A stretch of DNA of 46,711 nucleotides from an uncultured Rhizobium sp. (GCA_964513555.1 CAZENB010000003.1:1-46711), one strand, 5' to 3'; counted from the first letter of the stretch, positions 27,265-36,482 are shown. The notes: generated by a model from the sequence alone, not told the origin. Program-made: numbers and translations.

Positions 27265-28614
27265 TTACTTCATCAAAATCTTAAAAAACTTTTTCTTGCC
27301 AACCGACAGTTCAAACTCGTCAAAATTTGTAATTGTATGATGAATATCCAAAATCGCTTCACCATTAATTTTAACTGCTTTTCCTTCAATTAATTTTTTA
27401 GCTGCACCTTTTGATTCGCAAGCACCAATTTCAAAAATAATATCAACCAATTTTTTGGATTTCTCGTTACCTAAAAACACTTCTTTTTCTTCAAAAGCGG
27501 CAGAATTTTTAGCAACAAAAATTTCTCGCGCTTTTTGTAAAGCGTCTGAAGCTGCTTTTTCACCATGACAGATTTTGGTTGCTTCAAAAGCCAAAATTTC
27601 TTTCGCTTTGTTAATTTGATGAACTTCCATCGCGCCGCTAAAGCGTTCGCTCGATACTCCTAAACAGGAGGATCCCGGTACTAAAACTTCAATTTCTTCA
27701 AGCGATAAATCGGTGAAAAGTTTTAAAAATTTCCCAACATCAGCGTCATGAGTGTTTCTGAAATATTGGAAATAGTCAAAAACTGCTAACATATCATTAT
27801 CAAGCCAAACCGCACCATCAGCAGTTTTGCCCATTTTTTTGCCGTCAGAAGTTGTTAAAAGAGTTGAGGTTAGACCGAAAGCACTTCTTTCTTTTCCATC
27901 AACTCTAACTCCCGTGAGATTTGTACTAGAATCAAATATTGCTCCAGCTCTATCAAGAAAATTTGCGACATAAACTCTTCTTGTCAACTCAACTCCATTA
28001 ACAATATTTCCCCATTGATCTGATCCACCAATTTGTAAAACGCAATTTTTCTCTTTATTCAAATGATAAAAATCATAAGCCTGCAAAATCATGTAATTAA
28101 ATTCCAAGAAACTAAGTGGCTGTTCACGCTCAAGTCGCAGTTTTACTGAATCAAAAGTCAACATTCTGTTAATTGAAAAATGGCGTCCAATGTCACGCAA
28201 AAATTCCAAATAATTTAAATTTTTTAACCAATCATCATTATTCACCATTTCAGCGGCATTTGCTCCTTCAAAAGAAATAAACTTTTCCAAAGTTTTTCTA
28301 ATTCCATTTAGGTTGTCAGAAATGTCATTTTCGCTTAAAACTTTTCTGGCTTCATCTTTTCCGCTGGGGTCACCAATTTTTGTGGTTCCGCCGCCCAAAA
28401 GAACAAGTGGTTTATGACCATGCTTTTGCAAAAGTCGCAAAATCATAATTTGAATTAAACTGCCAGCGTGCAAACTTTTAGCAGTGCAATCAAAACCAAT
28501 ATAAGCGGTGATCGATTCTTTGTTCAAAAGATTGTCCAATTCTTTTGGGTGAGTGCAGGCGGCAAAAAATCCACGTGCTTGAAATTCTTGTAAAAATTTT
28601 GATTTAAAATTCAT
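27265..28614 (-). CDS. tyrS: Tyrosine--tRNA ligase TyrS, carrying lineage-specific insertions
   Basis: HIGH-type 'SLHAGSL', 'GGSDQWGNI', KMSKS-type 'KKMGKT' and a C-terminal S4-like domain 'SKGAAKKLIEGKAVKINGE'. At 449 aa it is longer than canonical forms. Confidence 0.92.
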   Translation of the reverse strand: MNFKSKFLQEFQARGFFAACTHPKELDNLLNKESITAYIGFDCTAKSLHAGSLIQIMILRLLQKHGHKPLVLLGGGTTKIGDPSGKDEARKVLSENDISDNLNGIRKTLEKFISFEGANAAEMVNNDDWLKNLNYLEFLRDIGRHFSINRMLTFDSVKLRLEREQPLSFLEFNYMILQAYDFYHLNKEKNCVLQIGGSDQWGNIVNGVELTRRVYVANFLDRAGAIFDSSTNLTGVRVDGKERSAFGLTSTLLTTSDGKKMGKTADGAVWLDNDMLAVFDYFQYFRNTHDADVGKFLKLFTDLSLEEIEVLVPGSSCLGVSSERFSGAMEVHQINKAKEILAFEATKICHGEKAASDALQKAREIFVAKNSAAFEEKEVFLGNEKSKKLVDIIFEIGACESKGAAKKLIEGKAVKINGEAILDIHHTITNFDEFELSVGKKKFFKILMK

Positions 28615-28693
28615 TTTAAAGTTGTAGTATTTCTTGAAAATAATTTGATAACTTAATTATCAAAAACACTCTCAAATTAAGCAATCCCTTTTT

Positions 28694-29551
28694 ATGAATC
28701 TTGAAGAAAAGAAAAGAATTACGTCAGAATGGTTTAGACTTTTGCGTGATAAAATTTGCTCTGAGTTTGAAAAAATTGAAGAAGAGTTTGCTAATCAAAA
28801 TTCTTTACAAGATTCTGGTAAGTTTGAAAGAAAAAACTGGAATAGACCAGATAAATCAGGTGATGGAGGTTTTGGTGAAATGTCACTTATGAAAGGAAAT
28901 GTTTTTGAAAAAGTTGGTGTAAATTTTTCAAAAGTTTATGGTGAGTTTTCAGATGATTTTAAATCTCAAATTCCTGGAGCTGAAAATGATGGTAAATTTT
29001 GGGCAAGTGGAATTTCTTTAGTTGCGCATATGAAATCACCTCTTGTTCCTGCAGTTCACATGAATACACGTTTTATATGTACTGAAAAAAACTGGTTTGG
29101 TGGTGGTTCAGATTTGAATCCAATGTTTGAAAATGAACAAGATACTAAAGATTTTCATCAAGCTTTTAAAGCAGCTTGTGATAAAGCAGATCCAAATTAT
29201 TATAAAAAATTTAAAAAATGGTGTGATGAATATTTTTTTATAAAACATAGAGGTGTTGCTCGTGGTGTTGGTGGAATATTTTATGATTATTTAAATACCA
29301 ATAATTTTGACAATGATTTTGAATTTACCCGCAATGTTGGGCTGGCTTTTTTAGAAATTTTCCCTAAATTAGTGCGCCGTCACATGTATCAAGATTGGAC
29401 TCAAGAGCAAAGAGAACAGCAGTTAAGAAAGCGTGGACTTTATGCTGAATTTAACTTGGTTTACGATCGCGGTACAAAATTTGGTTTAATGACAGGTGGA
29501 AATGTTGAGGCAATTCTTATGTCTCTTCCACCACTTGCTAAATGGGATTGA
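28694..29551 (+). CDS. hemF: Oxygen-dependent coproporphyrinogen-III oxidase HemF
   Basis: 'FEKVGVNFS.V.G', 'SLVAHMKSPLVPAVHMNTR', 'WFGGGSDLNP', 'HRGVARGVGGIFYD' and 'YAEFNLVYDRGTKFGL'. Confidence 0.93.
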   Translation: MNLEEKKRITSEWFRLLRDKICSEFEKIEEEFANQNSLQDSGKFERKNWNRPDKSGDGGFGEMSLMKGNVFEKVGVNFSKVYGEFSDDFKSQIPGAENDGKFWASGISLVAHMKSPLVPAVHMNTRFICTEKNWFGGGSDLNPMFENEQDTKDFHQAFKAACDKADPNYYKKFKKWCDEYFFIKHRGVARGVGGIFYDYLNTNNFDNDFEFTRNVGLAFLEIFPKLVRRHMYQDWTQEQREQQLRKRGLYAEFNLVYDRGTKFGLMTGGNVEAILMSLPPLAKWD

Positions 29552-29608
29552 TGCATTAAAAAAACGACCTAAAATCTAAATATTATTCAAAAACAGATAA
29601 CTAATAAA

Positions 29609-30328
29609 ATGCAAAAATTAGACAAAATTTACGAAGGAAAAGCAAAAGTGCTTTATACAACCTCTGATGAAAACTTGCTTATTCAATATTTTAAAGATGA
29701 CGCAACCGCATTTAACGCTTTAAAAAAAGCTGTAATTGAAGGAAAAGGTGTGTTAAACAACTTCATCTCTGAATTCATTATGCTTGAATTGGCAAAAGCT
29801 GGAATTCCAACTCACTTCGTTAAGAGATTAAGTGATCGTGAACAATTGGTAAAGAAGGCTAAAATCATTCCACTTGAAGTTATTATCAGAAACATTGCCG
29901 CTGGTTCAATGGCAAAAAGACTTGGAATTGAAGAAGGTGTACTTTTGTCAAATCCAGTTTTTGAAATTTGTTATAAAGATGATTCCTTACAAGATCCAAT
30001 TATTAACGATGATCATGCAATTCATGTTCTAAAAGTTGTCACGAAAGAGCAGCTAGATCAAATTAAAAAATATAGTTTAGAAATTAATCAGTTTTTGAAA
30101 AAAACATTTGCTTCAATAAATATTAAATTGGTTGATTTTAAGATTGAATTTGGTTTTGATGCCTCTGGAAATATTATTTTAGCTGATGAAATAAGCCCTG
30201 ATAGTTGCAGACTTTGGGACTCTTCAACTTCTGAAAAGCTTGATAAAGATCGTTTCAGAAGAGATTTGGGTGGATTAGTTGAGGCTTACTCAGACGTTGC
30301 TTCAAGGCTTGGAATAAAAATTAATTAA
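29609..30328 (+). CDS. purC: Phosphoribosylaminoimidazole-succinocarboxamide (SAICAR) synthase PurC
   Basis: 'YEGKAKVLY', 'PLEVIIRNIAAGS', 'LVDFKIEFG' and 'LADEISPDSCRLWD'. Confidence 0.93.
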   Translation: MQKLDKIYEGKAKVLYTTSDENLLIQYFKDDATAFNALKKAVIEGKGVLNNFISEFIMLELAKAGIPTHFVKRLSDREQLVKKAKIIPLEVIIRNIAAGSMAKRLGIEEGVLLSNPVFEICYKDDSLQDPIINDDHAIHVLKVVTKEQLDQIKKYSLEINQFLKKTFASINIKLVDFKIEFGFDASGNIILADEISPDSCRLWDSSTSEKLDKDRFRRDLGGLVEAYSDVASRLGIKIN

Positions 30329-30336
30329 ATTAAAAA

Positions 30337-30582
30337 ATGAAAATTAGAATTTTAATTTCTCTTAAAAAAGGTGTTTTGGATACACAAGGTAAAGCCATTG
30401 AAAATTCTTTGGTTAAAAATTTAAATTTCCCACAAATTTCTCAAGTTCGTCAAGGTAAAGTTGTAGAACTTGAAATTGATGAAACTGATTCAACAAAAAT
30501 TAAAAATATAGTTGATGAAATTTGTGATAAATTGTTAGTGAACAAAGTTATTGAAGATTATCAATTTGAGGTGATTAAGTAA
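30337..30582 (+). CDS. purS: Phosphoribosylformylglycinamidine synthase subunit PurS
   Basis: 81 aa with 'GVLDTQGKAIENSL' and 'NKVIEDY.FE'. It sits between purC and purQ. Confidence 0.88.
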   Translation: MKIRILISLKKGVLDTQGKAIENSLVKNLNFPQISQVRQGKVVELEIDETDSTKIKNIVDEICDKLLVNKVIEDYQFEVIK

Positions 30583-30584
30583 GT

Positions 30585-31265
30585 ATGAAATCAGCAGTTA
30601 TTGTATTCCCAGCTTCAAATTGTGATCGTGATGCAGTTGTTGCTTTGCAAAAAATTGGTAGCAAGGTTCAAAAAATCTGGCACCAAGAGTCTACTCTGGA
30701 CAATGATCTTGATTTAATTGTTATTCCTGGTGGTTTCTCTTATGGTGACTATTTAAGAAGCGGTGCTATGGCAAAAATTTCTCCAGTTATGCAAGAAGTA
30801 AAAAGACTTGCACAAAGAGGAGTCAAAGTTCTTGGTATTTGCAATGGCTTTCAAATATTAACTGAAAGTGGATTGTTAGAAGGTGTTTTGTTGCGTAACA
30901 AAAAATCTAAATTTATCTGTCGTGATGTTTTGTTAAAAGTTGAAGATAATAAAACTGATTTTACACAAAAATACAAAAAAGACTGTGTGATAAAAGTTCC
31001 AATTGCTCATATGGACGGAAATTATTACGCTGATCCAGAAACTTTGAAAAAATTAGAAGAAAATGGTAATATTGCTTTTCGTTACGTAGATGTTAACGGC
31101 AATGTCACTGATAATGCAAATCCTAATGGTGCAGCTTTAAACATTGCTGGAGTATTTAACGATAGAAAAAATGTTCTAGGAATGATGCCTCATCCTGAAA
31201 GAGCGATTGATGCTAACACAGGTGGTGCTGATGGAATTTTGATTTTTGAAAGTTTACTTGGTTAA
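30585..31265 (+). CDS. purQ: Phosphoribosylformylglycinamidine synthase glutaminase subunit PurQ
   Basis: 'FPASNCDRD', 'IPGGFSYGDYLR', 'GICNGFQIL' (catalytic Cys) and 'MMPHPER'. Confidence 0.93.
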   Translation: MKSAVIVFPASNCDRDAVVALQKIGSKVQKIWHQESTLDNDLDLIVIPGGFSYGDYLRSGAMAKISPVMQEVKRLAQRGVKVLGICNGFQILTESGLLEGVLLRNKKSKFICRDVLLKVEDNKTDFTQKYKKDCVIKVPIAHMDGNYYADPETLKKLEENGNIAFRYVDVNGNVTDNANPNGAALNIAGVFNDRKNVLGMMPHPERAIDANTGGADGILIFESLLG

Positions 31266-31283
31266 ATACATAATTAACTATAG

Positions 31284-31389
31284 ATGAAAAGCAAAAATAG
31301 TTCTAAGGCTTTTTCCTTAATTGAATTATCAAAATAGTGATAATGAGGTTGTTGGGATTATTATTGCTGGAGTTGTTCAAGGCACATGA
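31284..31389 (+). pseudogene. Frame-broken remnant of a prepilin-type (type IV pilin/pseudopilin) gene
   Basis: The ATG at 31284 encodes 'MKSKNSSKAFSLIELS', a prepilin cleavage/methylation-type motif (A in place of G at -1), then hits TAG at 31335-31337. The hydrophobic helix continues in other frames ('IVIM', 'VVGIIIAGVVQGT') before TGA at ~31387. Confidence 0.5.
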
Positions 31390-31546
31390 ATAGTAGATAT
31401 AGCTAGATTAAGTAAGTGCCTAGGCAGCTACTGAAAGTTCTCATGTTACTTGGGTCAAGGTACTTTCTCTTTGGCTTGAAACCACAAGAAGCGAAAGCTT
31501 CACTTCTTCTGAAGTTTATGATAGATCTCAAATTAGGCATAATTAA

Positions 31547-31575
31547 AAAAATGGGTGGTTTTTTTGCCCATTTTT
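31547..31575. terminator. Hairpin flanked by A- and T-runs (possible bidirectional terminator)
   Basis: 'AAAAATGGG' (31547-31555), loop 'tggtttttttg', then 'CCCATTTTT' (31567-31575). Only 3 G:C pairs. Confidence 0.3.
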
Positions 31576-31649
31576 CTCAACTGTTTCAATGCTTCTCAAG
31601 ATTTTTCTATTTTTTCCGAATAGAAATTGCTATTTTTTGATTCAAAAAA

Positions 31650-32375
31650 ATGAATAAAAACTTGTCCAAAATGTTTCTTAATTTCTGTCAGAAAAGATGG
31701 TAAAAAAAGAGGCAAACAATCTTACAGATGTAGTTTATGTAATTACCGATGGATAATCAAAGGCAATCATCAAAAAAACTATCTAAAAGCATACAAGCAG
31801 TGTTTTCTTGGTTGCAGAACAATCTCAGAAATTTGTTTTGATATTGATGTTTCTTATCCGAAGTTAATCAAAGAGTTTGATAAGTTTAATGTGTCTGAAA
31901 GCTTGCAGGAGGATGGTTTGGAAGATTTTACAAAAACAATAGATCTGCAAATAGAAGCAGCTTTTTTGGACGGGAATATGATTTTTAGTTTTTCACGATT
32001 GCCAAAAAATGATCTATTTTAAAGAGATTAAGACTGAATCAGTAAAACACTTTCGTAATAATAGCTCTAAAAGCTGCTAATTACCGCATTATGAGCGTTA
32101 CGATTGATGGCAGAAGAGGATATATAAATAACATCAGAAAGCTGCTTGGAAATATTCCAATTCAAATGTGTTTGTTTCATCAAAAAGCAATCATTCGAAG
32201 ATATATAACAGACAAGCCTAGATCGCAGTGTGGTAAGGATTTAAAGGAGTTGATGCATCTGATCTGCAAAGTAGAATATCATCAAGAATTTATTGATAAG
32301 TTTTATTATCTACAATCAAAATATCGCGAATTGTTATATCAGAGAAATGAACTTGGACACTACAAACACAATAAC
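31650..32375 (+). pseudogene. Multiply frameshifted DDE transposase remnant with an N-terminal zinc finger (IS family unresolved)
   Basis: The ATG at 31650 is shifted out of frame in an A-run. The next frame reads 'KTCPKCFLISVRKDGKKRGKQSYRCSLCNYRW...RTISEICFDIDVSYPKLIKEF...FLDGNMIF' up to the stop at 32020-32022. After further frame breaks it reads '..IALKAANYRIMSVTIDGRRGYINNIRKLLGNIPIQMCLFHQKAIIRRY', an IS256/ISL3-like D..G-Y..Q-x-C-x-x-H spacing. Confidence 0.6.
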
Positions 32376-32595
32376 CCCAAAGGCAATGCTGAAACTGAGT
32401 GCTTAATGCGAACAATGAAAGAAGAATGTCTTTGGATTAATTAATGAGTTTGATAATTTAGAACATCTTAATAAATCACTAATTGATTGGTTTGGTGAAT
32501 ATAATCAAAATTATCTCCACTCAAAATTACACTATAAAAGCCCAATGGAATTTGAGGCAGAATTTATACAAAATTCAGCCCAAATATTCTCTTAA
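32376..32595 (+). pseudogene. C-terminal fragment of an IS3-family (rve integrase-core) transposase, frameshifted
   Basis: 'GNAETECLMRTMKEECL' matches the DNA-x-x-E...K-x-E motif. After a frame break near 32440 it reads 'FDNLEHLNKSLIDWFGEYNQNYLHSKLHYKSPMEFEAEF', the typical rve C-terminus, ending at the stop at 32593-32595. No N-terminal part is present. Confidence 0.65.
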
Positions 32596-32670
32596 ATTTG
32601 GATTGATTTTTGGGGAGCATAACACGGTGTACCTAAAATTTTAGAAAAAAAGAGAGAATTTTTACTTAAT

Positions 32671-33204
32671 TTATTCTGAATTGCTCTTATTTTCTTCAGC
32701 CTTCTTACGTCTCATTTCAATTATATCATTTACTAAAGAATCTCTAATATTCTGAGCAACAACTTTGTTCATATTGCTTTGCAAGTATTCTTCTGCACTA
32801 TAAGTTCCGAAACGATTAGTGCTTACAGTATAACTATCATTTAGTGTTGTTATTCCTTCTGATATTTTTTGTCCTGTTACTAAATCCATAAGTTCGTAGC
32901 GAACAGTTAGTAAGATTTTGTTACGACCAGATGAACCAGTCCCAGTTGTGAAAGTTGAAGAAGTTGTTCTACTTGATTTAAGAATTAAAAAGTATTTTGG
33001 TTCAATTTTCAGATAGTCTGGGTTTAAAAGGTCATATAGACTGTTTTTTAAATCTTGGTCATGCTGGTTTCTATCTTTTTTTATTCTTATTGCCCCTAAT
33101 TCATGAGAATAAGAATTATTAGTAGCATCGTCTTTATAAATAACTTCGAATCCGCAACAAAAAAGGTTTAAAGATAATAATATAACTAAATATTTTCTAA
33201 GCAT
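32671..33204 (-). CDS. lptE: LPS-assembly lipoprotein LptE-like
   Basis: Lipobox 'LFCCG' followed by 'FEVIY', as in the alphaproteobacterial LptE pattern 'CGF.PLY'. 177 aa. The start overlaps the pyrG stop in a TAATG arrangement. Confidence 0.6.
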   Translation of the reverse strand: MLRKYLVILLSLNLFCCGFEVIYKDDATNNSYSHELGAIRIKKDRNQHDQDLKNSLYDLLNPDYLKIEPKYFLILKSSRTTSSTFTTGTGSSGRNKILLTVRYELMDLVTGQKISEGITTLNDSYTVSTNRFGTYSAEEYLQSNMNKVVAQNIRDSLVNDIIEMRRKKAEENKSNSE

Positions 33205-34814
33205 TATCTTTTGTTTTTAATTGCACTCTCAACGAAGGAAACAAAAAGAGGGTGAGCAGAAAATGGTTTTGATTTTAATTCTGGGTGAAATTGCACTCCA
33301 ACAAAAAATGGATGATTTTTTATTTCAATAATTTCTGGCAAATTCCCATCAGGAGACAATCCAGAGAAAGTAAGACCAGCTTTTTCCAATTGCTCTTTGA
33401 AGTTTATATTAACTTCAAAGCGATGTCTATGGCGTTCAGATATTTTTGATTTGCCATATATTTTTTCGGCCAAAGAGCCTTTCTTTAGATTACAAGGATA
33501 GGCTCCAAGTCTCATAGTACCTCCCAAATCTTTACCAGCTTTCTTTATTTTTTTACCAGTTTTGTCAGCCCATTGATTCATTAAACCAATTAAGAAAGTA
33601 CCTTTTTTGGCAAATTCGCTTGAAGTTGCATCTCCAATTTTTAAAACGTTACGAGCATATTCAATTACGGCCATTTGCATTCCATAACATATCCCAAGAC
33701 AAGGGATTTTATTAGTTCTTGCTTGTTCAATCATACTTATTTTACCTTCAACTCCATCTTCACCAAATCCTCCTGGAACCAAAACAGCGTCTATATTTTT
33801 TGGTAAGCTGCTCTTTTTATCGCGCGCGTTAACCCAAATGATATTTGCTTTAGACTTTAAAGAAAAAGCAGCATGATCAATTGCTTCAAGTAATGATTTG
33901 TAAGAATCACGATAGTCAGTATATTTGCCTACAATAGCAATATTTACTTCATGTTTAGGATTTTCAATTGCATCTTTAATTTTAATCCATTTGCTCAAAT
34001 CTGGTTTCTTTTTATAATCAAGTTTAAAGAATTTCAGAATTTCAGTATCTAAACCATTTTGGTGATATATAATTGGAACTTCATAAATACTTTTAGCATT
34101 TGGTGCTGCAATTACAGAAGATGTTGGAACAGAACACATCTTAGCAATTTTTTCTAAATGAGACTTAGTTGTAGGTCTTTCGGCACGGCACAATAAAACG
34201 CTTGGTTGAATTCCTATTGAACGCAGTTCTTTTACAGAGTGTTGAGTTGGTTTGGTTTTTAATTCATCAGCGCTTTCAATGTAAGGAAGTAAAGTTAGAT
34301 GAAGAAATGCACATTTTTCCTGACCAAGCTCGTACCCAAGTTGACGAATCGCTTCAAAAAAAGGTAAAGCTTCTATATCTCCAACTGTTCCTCCAATTTC
34401 GCATAAAGCAAAATCAACCTCTTTTAAATCGTTTAAAATGAACTTTTTGATTAGATCTGTAACATGAGGAATAACTTGAACAGTACCACCTAAATAATCG
34501 CCTTTTCTTTCTTTAGTTAATAAATCTAGGTAAATTTGTCCTGCAGTTACGTTATCAGATTTTTTAGCATCAACTCCTGTAAAACGTTCATAATGTCCCA
34601 AATCAAGATCTGTTTCTGCGCCATCGTCTGTCACAAAAACTTCTCCATGTTGGGTAGGGCTCATAGTCCCTGGATCAATGTTTAAATAAGGATCAAGTTT
34701 TCTTAATCTAACTTTGTAGCCACGAGCTTGCAAAAGTGCAGCAAGGGATGCCGAAGCAAGGCCTTTTCCTAAAGAAGATACAACGCCACCTGTGATAAAA
34801 ATAAATCTAGTCAT
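33204..34814 (-). CDS. pyrG: CTP synthase PyrG
   Basis: '[13 protein letters not shown]', '[37 protein letters not shown]', 'GICYGMQ' (GATase Cys) and 'QFHPE'. Confidence 0.96.
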   Translation of the reverse strand: MTRFIFITGGVVSSLGKGLASASLAALLQARGYKVRLRKLDPYLNIDPGTMSPTQHGEVFVTDDGAETDLDLGHYERFTGVDAKKSDNVTAGQIYLDLLTKERKGDYLGGTVQVIPHVTDLIKKFILNDLKEVDFALCEIGGTVGDIEALPFFEAIRQLGYELGQEKCAFLHLTLLPYIESADELKTKPTQHSVKELRSIGIQPSVLLCRAERPTTKSHLEKIAKMCSVPTSSVIAAPNAKSIYEVPIIYHQNGLDTEILKFFKLDYKKKPDLSKWIKIKDAIENPKHEVNIAIVGKYTDYRDSYKSLLEAIDHAAFSLKSKANIIWVNARDKKSSLPKNIDAVLVPGGFGEDGVEGKISMIEQARTNKIPCLGICYGMQMAVIEYARNVLKIGDATSSEFAKKGTFLIGLMNQWADKTGKKIKKAGKDLGGTMRLGAYPCNLKKGSLAEKIYGKSKISERHRHRFEVNINFKEQLEKAGLTFSGLSPDGNLPEIIEIKNHPFFVGVQFHPELKSKPFSAHPLFVSFVESAIKNKR

Positions 34815-34911
34815 CTTTCTTAAATTTAAAAACTATAAGTTTCTTTCTGCCATTCCAAACTGCTATTATTTAGCTAAGTTAAAAAAACTTTTGGTCAGAT
34901 TTAGTTTGTTA

Positions 34912-36318
34912 TTATTTACCAGTCATAATACGGTCAACCAAATCTTTAATTGTTGGTATAAAACCATTATTGTAATAAGGATCAGTTGCAAAACGATAAG
35001 CACTGTGTCCAGCAAACATTAACTGGTTTTCTATATCAATTCCGTAACGCACATCTTGTAATGTTTTCTGAATACAAAAACTACGAGGATCAGCTTTACG
35101 ATCTGTTGTGTAATGCATTTCTTCTTTGTCCGACCAATTACTGAAACGGCATTGGCTTAAGCAGCCCATACAGTTAACTTGGTCAGTTACAATTTGATAT
35201 GCTTTCGATTTATCAACAAACATTAAAGTTTCATCAGGAGTTTTCATGCCCTCTGTGTGTCCTGCCTTAATCCACTCGTCAACTTTTGCTTTGTCTTCTG
35301 GCTTTATGTAAACAACTCTTCCTCTTTGTCCAAAAGGAATTTTGCAAGTGAAGTTTTCAATAGATTTGGTACGATATTCAACCTGTCTAATTTCGCGACC
35401 TTTCAACTCGCGTAAGAAGTCATTCTCAATTGCTGATGAGTAGAATCCAGTAGGACTGAAGCGGTTTAAGTAAACATCACCCTTTTTTAAAGTAAGAAGT
35501 CTTTTTTTCCAGCTATCGTGAACTGGGTACTCTTGAGTTAATATTGGTCTTGTTCCAAATTGAAAAACAATAGGGCCAATTTCTGGATTATCTAGCCAAT
35601 TTTCAAAGTCAGAGATGTGCCATACTCCACCAGCCATAACAATTGGAACATCGTTTAATCCAACTGAATTCATGAATGTGCGCAACTCAGCAACTCTTGG
35701 ATATGGATCTTCATAAGCATCTGGACTTTCAGCATTTGAAAGTCCATTATGACCACCGGCACGCCAAGGACATTCATAAACTACTCCTCCAAGCAAGTCT
35801 TTTGCTTTGTGGTAGCTTCTTTTCCATAAAGCTCTGAAAGCTCTCATAGAAGAAACAATTGGATAGTAGTAAACTTCATATTTTTCAGCAATTTCTGATA
35901 AACGATAAGGCATCCCAGCACCACAAGTAATTCCATGAACCATTCCTTTAGCACCTTCTAAAATTCCATGAAGCACTTTTTCAGCACCACCCATTTCCCA
36001 TAAAACGTTCATGTGAATTCTACCTTGATTTCCAGAAATATCATGAGCAATTCTTGCTTGTGAAATTCCGCCTTTAATAGCATATTCAATTAATTCTTCA
36101 TGTCTTTCTCTTCTAGTAGAAGTTTTGTAAACTTGTGGAACAAACTTACCATTTTCATCAATATAATCAGCATTAACTCCAGAAAAAGTTCCAACCGCGC
36201 CAGCTTTTGCAAAATGACCAGCAGTTACTCCATTAGTAACTCCAACTCCTTTTCCACCCTCAATTATAGGTAGAGTTTCGATGCCCGAAATGTTAAAAGA
36301 TTTAATATTTTTCAACAA
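34912..36318 (-). CDS. Nitronate monooxygenase/FMN TIM-barrel family oxidoreductase, long form
   Basis: 'LPIIEGGKGVGV', 'ITCGAGMP' and 'PIVMAGGV' resemble NMO/FabK-type FMN barrels. The extra ~150 aa C-terminal part contains 'CMGCLSQC'. The start codon is TTG, with 'GAGGAA' upstream. Confidence 0.6.
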   Translation of the reverse strand: MLKNIKSFNISGIETLPIIEGGKGVGVTNGVTAGHFAKAGAVGTFSGVNADYIDENGKFVPQVYKTSTRRERHEELIEYAIKGGISQARIAHDISGNQGRIHMNVLWEMGGAEKVLHGILEGAKGMVHGITCGAGMPYRLSEIAEKYEVYYYPIVSSMRAFRALWKRSYHKAKDLLGGVVYECPWRAGGHNGLSNAESPDAYEDPYPRVAELRTFMNSVGLNDVPIVMAGGVWHISDFENWLDNPEIGPIVFQFGTRPILTQEYPVHDSWKKRLLTLKKGDVYLNRFSPTGFYSSAIENDFLRELKGREIRQVEYRTKSIENFTCKIPFGQRGRVVYIKPEDKAKVDEWIKAGHTEGMKTPDETLMFVDKSKAYQIVTDQVNCMGCLSQCRFSNWSDKEEMHYTTDRKADPRSFCIQKTLQDVRYGIDIENQLMFAGHSAYRFATDPYYNNGFIPTIKDLVDRIMTGK

Positions 36319-36482
36319 AGATTATTCCTCAAATAAATGTTTAGTCAAAATTTTTTTTAGTTCTAAAAGCCTAAAAAGATCGGTCAAAATAGCAACAGAA
36401 TTTTCTATTTCAATTTATACTTATTTCTGTGTAACTTGTTAGAAAGTTTTGTTTTTTCACAGGTGAGTATTGCTAAGAGATG

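Noticed and set aside
28644-28664. 8-bp inverted repeat TTTGATAA/TTATCAAA in the divergent tyrS-hemF promoter region as an operator; similarly AATCAAT/ATTGATT at 46367-46386 upstream of nuoM
   Set aside because: These are pure A/T-rich palindromes in an AT-rich genome, of a length easily produced by chance. Nothing ties them to a known regulator, so they are not reported as features.
31416-31640. 74-aa ORF 'MPRQLLKVLMLLGSRYF...' as a small protein gene
   Set aside because: It lies within the decayed pilin region and spans the 31547-31575 hairpin. I saw no RBS and no recognisable motif, so it is most likely a chance ORF in degraded sequence.
32091-32444. 117-aa ORF in the track as an intact gene
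   Set aside because: Its N-terminal two thirds match the middle of one transposase type and its last ~20 residues match the rve C-terminus of another. The rve homology continues in a different frame after the stop, so it is a chimeric pseudogene fragment.
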